From Syntrophorhabdaceae bacterium (lineage in GTDB: Bacteria > Desulfobacterota > Syntrophorhabdia > Syntrophorhabdales > Syntrophorhabdaceae): a stretch of DNA of 64,000 bases. Position numbers and translations under genes: made by a program. Of the stretch, positions 29,767 through 38,184 are shown one piece after another (within the stretch, counting starts at the first letter, position 1; each line of letters begins with the position of its first letter). Where the stretch lies: NCBI GenBank assembly GCA_963665295.1, contig OY762209.1, forward strand, positions 3,744,001 to 3,808,000, read 5' to 3'. The notes below the pieces were generated by a model. That model searched no databases and was not told the origin of the DNA. It worked only from the letters and a program-made list of their open reading frames with translations.

Positions 29767-29917
29767 ATAGACAATGTCGAGAGGATATTATGACCAAAAT
29801 GGCCGCTGTAGCAGGCGGCCATTTGCACCGCCTATGGATCTTGCAATTACAGACGGAGCAGGGTATCTTGTCGGAAAGACGAAATTGACGCAGGACCAGG
29901 CAGTGTAAGGAGACGCG

Positions 29918-30322
29918 ATGAATATCTACAAGCCCTCTGAAAATGATTTGCAACCCCTATTGGATCAGGCCACGGCCAATCAGCCAGTTGATCAGTGGAT
30001 AGACAAATTCCTGGCAAATCTGAAGGCCATCCTTCTCAAGAGCCCGCTTCGCTACCGAGCTTATGGACCATACTGGTGGCTGCTGAAAAAAGCCTATATC
30101 GATAAGGAGGATTTCTCCTTTGGAGGCTTTCTTGACCGGGAATGGCTCTCAACCATGGACTACGGTAAGCCAGAATTGAATATTGTGGCCGCCTTCCTCT
30201 ATGAGGATATGAGAACGGCCAAGAACATGATCGATGATCCGTTCCACGTTATGGAGACGGTAGACGGTGGAGATGCGATTGAATTCGGCTCCAACGATCC
30301 AGAGATGGAGATGAAGATATAG
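29918..30322 (+). CDS. ulx: Ulx-like protein (DarB incorporation factor in P1)
   Basis: LLKSPLRYRAYGPYW..LKK...FG..LDR...Y.KPEL..VAA.LY closely follows P1 Ulx (recalled); near darB. Confidence 0.75.
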   Translation: MNIYKPSENDLQPLLDQATANQPVDQWIDKFLANLKAILLKSPLRYRAYGPYWWLLKKAYIDKEDFSFGGFLDREWLSTMDYGKPELNIVAAFLYEDMRTAKNMIDDPFHVMETVDGGDAIEFGSNDPEMEMKI

Positions 30323-30419
30323 CCCTTGAAGGGGGGCATGTATTTAACGATTTGACAAGCTGCACGGGCAGTTTTTGGCGCGGGGCCGGGAGACTGGCCC
30401 CCTATTCCCGCATCGTTGC

Positions 30420-30458
30420 CGCAATCCTTCGTTTTTCTATCGCAATCCTTCGTTTTTC
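30420..30458. repeat. 18-bp direct repeat with 21-bp period upstream of the portal gene
   Basis: cgcaatccttcgtttttc at 30420-30437 and 30441-30458. Confidence 0.9.
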
Positions 30459-30499
30459 CCCTATTTTCATTTGCCTGCCTATCTTCTTTAATCTTAGTT

Positions 30500-32176
30500 A
30501 TGGCGGAGGAAAAGAAGCGATCATTTTGGCAGAACCTATTTCCAGGCTTTTTGGGGAAGAATCAGGGAGCTAACGCCAACGTTTCCATTCCACCAATTTC
30601 GAATTACGAGGACTTCGTTGCCGACGCCCTCCTGTCGGGATCGCCTGTCGGGGATGCCAGTGGGGAAGACGAATATCAACTCACGGAACTCCCCAACAGC
30701 CGCCTTCTGAAATACAAAATCTTTCGGGTCATGGCCGATGATCCAACCATTGATTCAGCGCTCAAGATGCACATATCTCATGCCCTATCAGCGCGTTCTG
30801 ACACAGGAGAAATCATATCCATAGAGTCCACCTCAGATAAGGATGACCCAATTACGATTGACCTCCGTAATACCTTTAAGACCATCGTGAACCAGAATGT
30901 CCAATTCTGGGCATATAACGCGGCCCTCAACGGCATATGGTTCGCCCGAGTTTACGGTGAACCCCGTAAAGGAGTTCAACTGGTCAGGTCAGATTACTAT
31001 TCTCACCCACAGTTTATCAAGGCATATGAACAGGCCGGTCAGATAGCTGGCTATACCGCTGCGCATCAGAATCCCCTGCAAAACGCTGGCTATATCGCAT
31101 TAATGGAGCCTTGGAAATTTATCGCCTTTCGCATTCCTATCTGGAAGGCCGAAAGTGAATTCGAGCCGCCCAGACTCGATGGGTCAATCTTCGATATATC
31201 CAACGATGATTACAAATCTGAGAGTATTATAGAGAGTCAGAACTACGGTACATCATTGATCGAGACAGCATTCGCGCCGTGGATGGACCTCCAAGAAGCT
31301 ATCCTATCCCTCAATATGTCAAGGAAGAATGCGGCCCGGCTTGAACGGTTAGTAGGGGTAAACACCGGTAAACTTTCTCCGCAACGAGCCTCTCAGTACC
31401 TCAACACGATATCCAGTCAGATACTGAAAGTCAACCAGGCCAACGCGAAGCAGTCCCTGAGACGGGGCTACGTCCAGACGGTCATCAACCATCTTATCCC
31501 TATTTTCGGCGACGGCAAGGGCCGCCTCGATATCGCATCGATAGAGGGGAATCCCAATCTTGACGGGTTGGCAGACATTGACTTCCATGTGAAGCGCCTC
31601 GGCTCCGCCCTCGGTGTCGACCCAGCTCTTCTGGGATTCGGCGAAATGTTATCAGGTGGCCTCGGCGACGGTGGGTTCTTTCGAATCTCCGTCCTTGCGG
31701 CAATAAAGGCAAATATGCTCAGGCGGGCCGTATTGAGTGGTGTGGAGAACCTTTTCGATATCCATGTCGCTTACAAGTTCGGCAAGGTCTTTCTGCCTGG
31801 TGAAAAACCATGGCGGGTCGTTTTCAATTCAGTCTCGTCGGCCCTCGAAAGGGAGGAACGGGAGAACCTGGAGGGGCGCGTAACGTTTGCGACGATGATG
31901 GGGCAACTCATTCAGATCATTGATGCCGAATTTTCATCAGTTGATAGGACCGCTCTGGCCAATTATATGTTTACCGACATCATGAGGATTGATGAAGAGA
32001 AGTTCCGGAAGATGTTCCCCAAGAAGATCACTGGGCCGGTAGTAGGTCAGGAACTTGGTCCCGATGGAAAACCAATTACCCCTGGCGATGAAGGAATCTT
32101 AACGGAGTCGGCCGCCACACAACGCCTGAGGGGTGTTGTCGACAGGTACATCGCGGGGCTCTACGCCGGAAAGTAA
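30500..32176 (+). CDS. prt: Portal protein (P1 Prt-like)
   Basis: MADDPTIDSALKMHISHALS, ESQNYGTSLIE, LGFGEMLSGGLGDGGFFRIS; directly upstream of the protease. Confidence 0.8.
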   Translation: MAEEKKRSFWQNLFPGFLGKNQGANANVSIPPISNYEDFVADALLSGSPVGDASGEDEYQLTELPNSRLLKYKIFRVMADDPTIDSALKMHISHALSARSDTGEIISIESTSDKDDPITIDLRNTFKTIVNQNVQFWAYNAALNGIWFARVYGEPRKGVQLVRSDYYSHPQFIKAYEQAGQIAGYTAAHQNPLQNAGYIALMEPWKFIAFRIPIWKAESEFEPPRLDGSIFDISNDDYKSESIIESQNYGTSLIETAFAPWMDLQEAILSLNMSRKNAARLERLVGVNTGKLSPQRASQYLNTISSQILKVNQANAKQSLRRGYVQTVINHLIPIFGDGKGRLDIASIEGNPNLDGLADIDFHVKRLGSALGVDPALLGFGEMLSGGLGDGGFFRISVLAAIKANMLRRAVLSGVENLFDIHVAYKFGKVFLPGEKPWRVVFNSVSSALEREERENLEGRVTFATMMGQLIQIIDAEFSSVDRTALANYMFTDIMRIDEEKFRKMFPKKITGPVVGQELGPDGKPITPGDEGILTESAATQRLRGVVDRYIAGLYAGK

Positions 32177-32187
32177 AGGAGGCTGTT

Positions 32188-33213
32188 ATGGGTGAAATCA
32201 TAAAATGCAACTTCAATCTGTTCAACGAAGGCCGCAAATACACGGGGCATCATAGAAGTTATATCTTGGAAAATGCCGTGACCGCCTGTTATGCGCCGGA
32301 GACGCGAGAAGGAATTCGTTTGCGGGAGAAACTGGGATACCTGGGGCATGGCCGGCGGGAGATCGCCCGCAAGCTCCAGTTGAGCGAGGTGGAACCAGTC
32401 AGATTACCCGACGGGTCAACCATCATTGTCGAAAACATCCCCTCGAACGTCACGGTCTTTTTCGAAGTCAACAAGGACGGAAATGTCGAACACCATCAGG
32501 AAATCCTCGAGACGGCACCTGGGAAAGTGGTCGCTGGGCTGAACGCCTCAAAGGTTGGAGGATTTTCGTGGGCTTGCGGGGGCATGGATGGTGGCGCCAT
32601 CGGTGCGACGCGAATCGCCAACTTTCATGGTTTTGACTATGTCATGAACCCTGGCTTTGCGGCGAACCGGGGATACATCCTTGAAAGTGCAGACGGCAAA
32701 ACAAAGGGTATGATTCTGGAAAGTATCTGCAAGCTGGGCGTCGAAGACAAGAAGGCTGAACAATACTTGAATTCGTGGGTAGCCTCTGCCCAGTTTCATG
32801 CTCTGGACCTTGAGGAACAGCTTGAGCAGGCTGCTATCTATGAAGATGCTATCCGTGAGGAACTTGAGGGCAAGACTACCGAAGTCGAGGCAATAAAGAA
32901 GGTACTTGCTGACGAGGGTGCTGCAAAGGAATCGAGGAAGAAGATCATCATGGAATGCGCGGGAAAGTCGGTCATCGTAGTACCCGAGAGGGTCGTTGAC
33001 GCCATGCTCAGCATGGCCGGCGAGGGTGATTTCTTCGAGATCCTCGGATTCTTCGAATCTGCATCGCGGGTAAACCTGGGGGTTCTCCCGGTGGCCGGGA
33101 GAGATGAGAAGAACAAGACAACATTGCCGCCACAATACCGTCCGTCTGACGACGCCGAGTATGGAAAGGCTGCTGCTGGCTATGAGTTCCAGGACTGCGC
33201 CTTCAAGCCGTGA
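32188..33213 (+). CDS. pro: Prohead protease (P1 Pro-like)
   Basis: ETREGIRLRE.LGYLGHGRR, HHQEILETAPGK, GGFSWACGG, FHGFDYVMNP match P1 Pro/T4 gp21-type protease motifs. Confidence 0.85.
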   Translation: MGEIIKCNFNLFNEGRKYTGHHRSYILENAVTACYAPETREGIRLREKLGYLGHGRREIARKLQLSEVEPVRLPDGSTIIVENIPSNVTVFFEVNKDGNVEHHQEILETAPGKVVAGLNASKVGGFSWACGGMDGGAIGATRIANFHGFDYVMNPGFAANRGYILESADGKTKGMILESICKLGVEDKKAEQYLNSWVASAQFHALDLEEQLEQAAIYEDAIREELEGKTTEVEAIKKVLADEGAAKESRKKIIMECAGKSVIVVPERVVDAMLSMAGEGDFFEILGFFESASRVNLGVLPVAGRDEKNKTTLPPQYRPSDDAEYGKAAAGYEFQDCAFKP

Positions 33214-33273
33214 AAGCCGCTGGGAAAGGAAATATGACTACCGCTAGGAACGACATTGCGAAGGAGACTGTTC

Positions 33274-33531
33274 ATGCTGGAGGTTAGCGCTGGAACCATT
33301 ATCGCCGCAGTTATTGCATACAAGCTTCTCGACAAAGGCATCGATTTTTTTTGGACCAAAACCGCCAAGACAGAGTACGTCACAAAAACTGATTGTAAAG
33401 AGTGCTCCGCTAAGAACGGAACCTCCTATGAGGGTCTCTGCAAGGAGGTCAAGGACGTAAAGACCATTCTTCTCATTGTGGCAGGTAGAGCTGGCGTTAA
33501 AAACGAAGAGATTAAGGACTTGGTGAGCTGA
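33274..33531 (+). CDS. Small membrane protein (N-terminal TM, CxxC), lysis-cassette associated
   Basis: RBS AAGGAG; hydrophobic N-terminus; DCKEC. Confidence 0.6.
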   Translation: MLEVSAGTIIAAVIAYKLLDKGIDFFWTKTAKTEYVTKTDCKECSAKNGTSYEGLCKEVKDVKTILLIVAGRAGVKNEEIKDLVS

Positions 33532-33715
33532 TGGGGAAGCGACGCGAATCACCTTAGAGATTGCGTGGAAAGAGGCCTCGGGCCAGGAGCGCAGTGAATT
33601 CATCACCCGCCTATGTAGCCTTTATCGCGGCCCGATAGAACAGGTACTCTACGCCCGCGATAAAAAGAGGGCGCTGGAGGAGAACCAAAAGAAGAGAAAG
33701 GAGGCAGGACTATGA
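33531..33715 (+). pseudogene. Small frameshifted ORF (MGKRRESP / LEIAWKEASGQERSEFITRL...)
   Basis: ATG overlaps the upstream TGA and the terminal TGA overlaps the downstream ATG, but the span is 185 nt, one base short of a continuous frame. Confidence 0.35.
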
Positions 33716-34170
33716 TAACTTTCGTAATTGTAGCGTGCATTATCGCCATCGGGGTAGCGTTTTTGATTCCCCAGGTGAGGAAAAAGCTGATCGGATTATT
33801 CTATAAGGAGATCGCAACCGCCGCAACAGGAGCCGTGACGGATGCCCTCAGCGATGCCTGCGCCGAAATCACCGGGACCGTCAAGGGCCTCACGGAAACG
33901 GGAAAATACGCCTTAAGGTTCGGAATCATCCTGATTATCGTCTTACCCATCGTCGGAAGGGTGCTCGATTGGGGCAAGGTTGCGACGGTCATTTACAAGG
34001 TGGGACTTGTCACCGTGGCCCTCGGGCTTGCCGAATTGCTCTGGCTGGTATTTTTCAAACCGATATTTGGAAAAATGGAGGATCTGAATGACAACGACAA
34101 AAGGTCGGTTCTTTTGTTTCGCGGCATTCTGTACGCTGCTATTATCGTGGCTCTTACCCTCGGTCTGTGA
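33712..34170 (+). CDS. Holin-like multi-TM membrane protein
   Basis: Four hydrophobic segments; RBS AGGAGG; directly upstream of the transglycosylase. Confidence 0.6.
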   Translation: MITFVIVACIIAIGVAFLIPQVRKKLIGLFYKEIATAATGAVTDALSDACAEITGTVKGLTETGKYALRFGIILIIVLPIVGRVLDWGKVATVIYKVGLVTVALGLAELLWLVFFKPIFGKMEDLNDNDKRSVLLFRGILYAAIIVALTLGL

Positions 34171-34714
34171 CGCAGGCAGCTCGTGGCAGTTGGACCGTTG
34201 CAAGAGGTTTCTGCCAAGGGTCACCAGAGAGGCGCATTACCACGTAGGCCTTAATGCGCCTGTGCATCTTTTTATGGGGCAAATTGAACAGGAAAGCCAC
34301 TGCGATGAGGGGATAACGGCATTTGACGGCGGAGCGGGATTGGGTCAGTTTATGCCAGCGACGGCAGAATGGATTCAGGAACGAGAGAAGGCATTGAAAG
34401 AAATATCCGCTGAGCCCTCGCCGTATGACCCTGCGTGGTCCATCCGCGCGCTCATCCTGTACGACCACTATCTTTACGGAGCGGTGATCTGCAAGGATGA
34501 TAACCTTTATTTTGCTCTCAGGGCCTATAATGGCGGAGCAGGCGCGCTCAACAAGGAGATTCGCCGGGCTGGCTCCTGCGAGTATTACCTGGTCGAAAAG
34601 CAGTGCCGCAGGAAGGTAATTCGTCTCAAAAACGGGAAGAGCCTTGATCTTTGCAAGGACGTGAATCTCAAGTATTACAAATTGATTAGTCAAAAAGGGG
34701 AAAAATACAAATGA
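34088..34714 (+). CDS. Lytic transglycosylase (SLT) endolysin with N-terminal signal peptide
   Basis: GQIEQES, GLGQFMPAT, AYNGGAG motifs; RBS GGAGG at 34077-34081. Confidence 0.85.
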   Translation: MTTTKGRFFCFAAFCTLLLSWLLPSVCDAGSSWQLDRCKRFLPRVTREAHYHVGLNAPVHLFMGQIEQESHCDEGITAFDGGAGLGQFMPATAEWIQEREKALKEISAEPSPYDPAWSIRALILYDHYLYGAVICKDDNLYFALRAYNGGAGALNKEIRRAGSCEYYLVEKQCRRKVIRLKNGKSLDLCKDVNLKYYKLISQKGEKYK

Positions 34715-35013
34715 AGATCGCTATCGTTGTTCTCATCGTTTTGTTAAATGCGGCGGACTGGTGGACCACTGTGAAGATCCTCTCCCTGGGAGGCATGGAA
34801 CTTAACCCAGTGATGAAATGGATCATCGAGAGAAACCTTTTCCTTCCCGCAAAGGTATTTCTGGTGGCCCTCATCATCGCTGCCCTCCTGCTTATCCAGT
34901 CTGGATATCCAATGCTGTCCTTGGTCATGGGTTGGCTCATCACCGCTGGGTACGCCATTGTGGTAGCTTCAAACCTCCGGGTACTTAAGAAATTGGCGGG
35001 ATGGTGGTCTTGA
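34711..35013 (+). CDS. DUF5658-like small membrane protein
   Basis: LNAADWWTT...GGMELNPVM motif with three TM segments. Confidence 0.6.
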   Translation: MKIAIVVLIVLLNAADWWTTVKILSLGGMELNPVMKWIIERNLFLPAKVFLVALIIAALLLIQSGYPMLSLVMGWLITAGYAIVVASNLRVLKKLAGWWS

Positions 35014-35453
35014 TGGACTGGCTGACAGTGGCGCGAAAATTATTGCCTTATCTTATCGGCTTCCTGATTGGATCGGCCATCATAGGCTTCATTCAGCAGA
35101 TGCGCATCAAAGGAAAGGAAGCAGACCTCAAGACGTGTCAGGCGAGCCTTAAGGTGTCAGAGGACAATTTCAAGGTGTGTAAGGCAGCAAACGAGACAAA
35201 CGAAGCCACCATCGGCAGCCTTCAGGGGGAAGTTAAGGACGCCCTTAAAGGTTGTGATTCGCGGTTGGCCGTGAAGGACAAGACCCTCAAAAACCTCAAG
35301 AATATTCTCGCTCTTAAACCTGGGAGCGTGGCGGGAGGAAGTGATGATAATAAGAATGGCAGTAGCGGCCCTTCTTCTGGGGACGATATCCTTGATGAAC
35401 TTAACGGGATGTTCAAGTCTTCCGGAAGTGCAGCCGGTAGTAAAGGAAATTAA
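35013..35453 (+). CDS. Rz-like inner-membrane spanin
   Basis: N-terminal TM followed by coiled coil; overlaps a lipoprotein gene. Confidence 0.7.
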   Translation: MDWLTVARKLLPYLIGFLIGSAIIGFIQQMRIKGKEADLKTCQASLKVSEDNFKVCKAANETNEATIGSLQGEVKDALKGCDSRLAVKDKTLKNLKNILALKPGSVAGGSDDNKNGSSGPSSGDDILDELNGMFKSSGSAAGSKGN

Positions 35454-35640
35454 ATACGTAAAGCAAGAGGTACCCGATCCCCCTCCGATGCCTGAATATT
35501 ATTCGGTGGTATTCAAGAAGTCCGGGGAATTGTACGTCCTGGATGAGATCAACGCCAAGGCCCTGCTCATGAACCATGAACTCGATAAGGGATATCAAGA
35601 GGAAATGAGAACCATCATCATGAATCTCAAGGGCAAGTGA
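35341..35640 (+). CDS. Rz1-like outer-membrane lipoprotein spanin
   Basis: Lipobox LTGC after a hydrophobic signal, Pro-rich PDPPPMP; start nested in the i-spanin gene with RBS GGGAGG. Confidence 0.75.
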   Translation: MMIIRMAVAALLLGTISLMNLTGCSSLPEVQPVVKEIKYVKQEVPDPPPMPEYYSVVFKKSGELYVLDEINAKALLMNHELDKGYQEEMRTIIMNLKGK

Positions 35641-35904
35641 TAGGGGAATGATAGAGAATATTCAGGACGCAGTTGTATAATTTGTCCGTAAACCGTAATT
35701 GCGAATGTGTAAACCTTATGGCCAAGACGTGTAAAGATTATCCTGACAATTGTAAACCTTAATAATTGGAAGAGGCTGATCCCGCATGACTTTGACCGAC
35801 CCTCCGGCGCGGGGCTGGGAAACTGGCCCCTGCTTTTCGTTCGCATGGATTCAATACCCATAAGGGTCAGAATGGGTTTAAACTCCTTCCTTCGGCATGC
35901 TCAT

Positions 35905-35954
35905 TTTGTGCACCCAACCGATACCCCTCATTGGGTGCATTTTGGGTGCACAAA
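35905..35954. repeat. att arm-type repeats (13-bp inverted repeat plus 9-bp direct repeat)
   Basis: tttgtgcacccaa 35905-35917 / ttgggtgcacaaa 35942-35954; ttgggtgca at 35931-35939 and 35942-35950; about 90 bp from the tRNA 3' end. Confidence 0.65.
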
Positions 35955-36043
35955 TTCTCAAATTAGGGAGTTTTAGGCAGTTTTCGCAGTTTGTGAATTG
36001 AGCGTGATTTGTTGTAGAGTGGCTAAAACACTGGAAATATTAA

Positions 36044-36115
36044 AGCCGACGGCGAGAGTCGAACTCGCGACCTGCTCATTACGAGTGAGCTGCTCTACCC
36101 CTGAGCTACGTCGGC
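36044..36115 (-). tRNA. tRNA-Thr (anticodon CGT), CCA not encoded; probable prophage attachment site
   Basis: Reverse complement GCCGACGTAGCTCAGGGGTAGAGCAGCTCACTCGTAATGAGCAGGTCGCGAGTTCGACTCTCGCCGTCGGC folds into a cloverleaf with anticodon loop CTCGTAA and T-loop TTCGACT. Confidence 0.97.
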
Positions 36116-36336
36116 GTTATGGCGTTTATATAACATAGACAAAGGTTTGCAGACAATATAAATCTTCGTATTTTTCAGTCTGCCCTCTGTCGGGTCCCCT
36201 ATGAAGGGTGCCTGTCGATTATTTTATGCATTTTTGGGTCCCGTGTCCATTCATATTTTCTCAATGGCGCATGAGAGAGCCGGGAACAAGGCGACTTTGG
36301 GACCCCCTTTATTGCAGAGTATATTTATAGTAGATT

Positions 36337-38184
36337 ATGTCAGGAATAATGGCGGCAGAACCTTCGCAAAACTCTCACGCAGAACTGTCCTTGAAACGGA
36401 TAAGGTGGATATTATCCCTTTGCCTCGCCTTCATATTTGTGTGGGGCACATTTTCCGACCTTCTTGCATCCCAGGATATTTCAAGGAAACGTGTGTTGGT
36501 CATACATTCCTACTATCAGGGATATAAGTGGACGGACGATGAAAACGCGGGCATCGAAGCCGTTCTGAAGGATGTGGTGGGGTCGGGCAATCTGCACATT
36601 GAGTACATGGACACCAAAAAGGTGTTCGGTGACCTGTACTCGCAACGCCTCTACGAAGTCTATAAACTCAAATACAAGAATTTCAAATTTGACATGATTA
36701 TCGTGACAGACAATAACGCCTTCGACTTCATACGAAAGTACCGTGATGAACTGTTCGGGGAGACGCCGGTCGTTTTCTGCGGCGTCAATTACGTCGATGC
36801 GGCGGATGTGAGAAAACTCAAACTTTTTACGGGAGTAAACGAGGAGAATGATTTCGAAGCCTGTATCGCGCTGATACTGAAACTTCACCCCGGGACCAGG
36901 CATATCGCGTTCATCAATGAGTGGACGACTACGGGACAAAGGGTACACAAAGGGTTCGCGGAGGCAGTACGCCGCTTCGACAATATTTTGAAGGTGACCC
37001 TTCTCGAAGACATGAGGATAGAGGAAATCCTTGAAAAACTGCACGCCCTCGGGCCTGACAGCGCGGTACTCTACACTGCTTTCAGCAGGGACCGGCTCGG
37101 AAGGCTTTTCTCTTACAATGAGAGCGTCTTCCTGGTAGCCCAGAATTCTCCGGTTCCCGTGTACACCACCATGGAGTTCAACCTTGGTTACGGGGTTGTG
37201 GGCGGACTGATCGTCACCGGCTATGATCAGGGAGAGATGGCGGGAAAGATTGCCCTTCGTATCCTTCAGGGCGAGAAAGCAGGAGACATTCCCGTCATGA
37301 CCATAAGCCCGAAGCATTACATGTTTGATTACGAGTTGCTGAAGAAATACCATATCGCTCGTGCCGCCCTGCCGAAGGACAGCGTGGTGGTAAACCTGCC
37401 CCAAACCATCTATTTCAAATACAGGAAATGGATCGACGGGCTTATCGTCACTTTTGTCGCCCTCCTGTCCATTATCTCGGTCCTTCTTATTTCGATCTAC
37501 CGCCGCAAGCAGACGGAGAAGGAATTGAAGACCTCCAGGGAACAGCTTCGCACTTTGGCGTGGCGCCTTGCCGAGGCAGGGGAAACGGAGCGTAAAGCGC
37601 TGTCCAGGGAGTTGCACGATCAGGTCGGTCAGAATCTCACCATTCTCGGGGTCAATCTTAACATTTTGAAATCTCTGATCCCCAAAGAGACTGCGTCTCT
37701 GATAAGCTCGCGTTTGAACGATTCGGTAAGCCTTGTGAAACAGACTACCGAGCAGGTGCGAAACGTTATGGCCTATCTCAGGTCTCCAGTCCTCGACGAC
37801 TACGGGCTGGTGGCGGCTATCGACCTCTATGGGAAGCAGATTTCGGAACGCACGGGCATCAATGTAACGGTGAACGGTGAGCAAACCGCGCGCCCGCCGT
37901 CGCAGACGGAGAACGCCATGTTCAGAATTGTCCAGGAGTCGCTTACAAACGTGGTAAAACATGCCCATGCGACGGAAGTGGTGATTCGTGTATTCGAGAC
38001 AGGAGGAAAGCTGCACCTGTCCCTGGAGGATAACGGTGTCGGTTACGACACGGAGGCGGGTGTCCGGACCGGTGGATGGGGTCTTATCACCATGTCGGAG
38101 CGGGCCCTCGCGATAGGTGGAACTTGTTCCGTCAAATCACGCCCCGGATTGGGGACGACAATCACTGTGGAGGTACCCGTATGA
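36337..38184 (+). CDS. Sensor histidine kinase (periplasmic ABC-binding-like sensor, HisKA_3, HATPase)
   Basis: ERKALSRELHDQVGQ, QESLTNVVKHA, EDNGVG, GWGLITMSER. Confidence 0.92.
   Translation: MSGIMAAEPSQNSHAELSLKRIRWILSLCLAFIFVWGTFSDLLASQDISRKRVLVIHSYYQGYKWTDDENAGIEAVLKDVVGSGNLHIEYMDTKKVFGDLYSQRLYEVYKLKYKNFKFDMIIVTDNNAFDFIRKYRDELFGETPVVFCGVNYVDAADVRKLKLFTGVNEENDFEACIALILKLHPGTRHIAFINEWTTTGQRVHKGFAEAVRRFDNILKVTLLEDMRIEEILEKLHALGPDSAVLYTAFSRDRLGRLFSYNESVFLVAQNSPVPVYTTMEFNLGYGVVGGLIVTGYDQGEMAGKIALRILQGEKAGDIPVMTISPKHYMFDYELLKKYHIARAALPKDSVVVNLPQTIYFKYRKWIDGLIVTFVALLSIISVLLISIYRRKQTEKELKTSREQLRTLAWRLAEAGETERKALSRELHDQVGQNLTILGVNLNILKSLIPKETASLISSRLNDSVSLVKQTTEQVRNVMAYLRSPVLDDYGLVAAIDLYGKQISERTGINVTVNGEQTARPPSQTENAMFRIVQESLTNVVKHAHATEVVIRVFETGGKLHLSLEDNGVGYDTEAGVRTGGWGLITMSERALAIGGTCSVKSRPGLGTTITVEVPV

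Larger units (their letters stand above)
1..36043 (+). mobile_element. P1-like myovirus prophage, late/structural half; continues left of the window; right boundary at tRNA-Thr 3' end
   Basis: About 30 co-directional, often overlapping ORFs with recognisable P1-family products in P1-like order, ending in a lysis cassette, then att-like repeats and a tRNA, then housekeeping genes. Confidence 0.92.

Noticed and set aside
29774..29910. 44-codon ORF and hairpin (aaatggccgc...gcggccattt) between the fibre gene and ulx
   Set aside because: No RBS or recognisable motif; cannot distinguish a terminator from a small gene.
30416..30499. N-terminal extension of the portal ORF (MPQSFVFLSQSFVF...)
   Set aside because: It is just the translation of the 18-bp repeat region from a TTG; ATG 30500 gives a more plausible start.
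12696..36043. Complete DGR (TR, avd, RT) within the window
   Set aside because: No adenine-rich second copy of the VR seen in the intergenic regions and no ORF with RT motifs. The search was by eye only.
35641..36043. Integrase gene at the right prophage end
   Set aside because: No ORF with tyrosine or serine recombinase motifs; the integrase is expected at the other end, outside the window.
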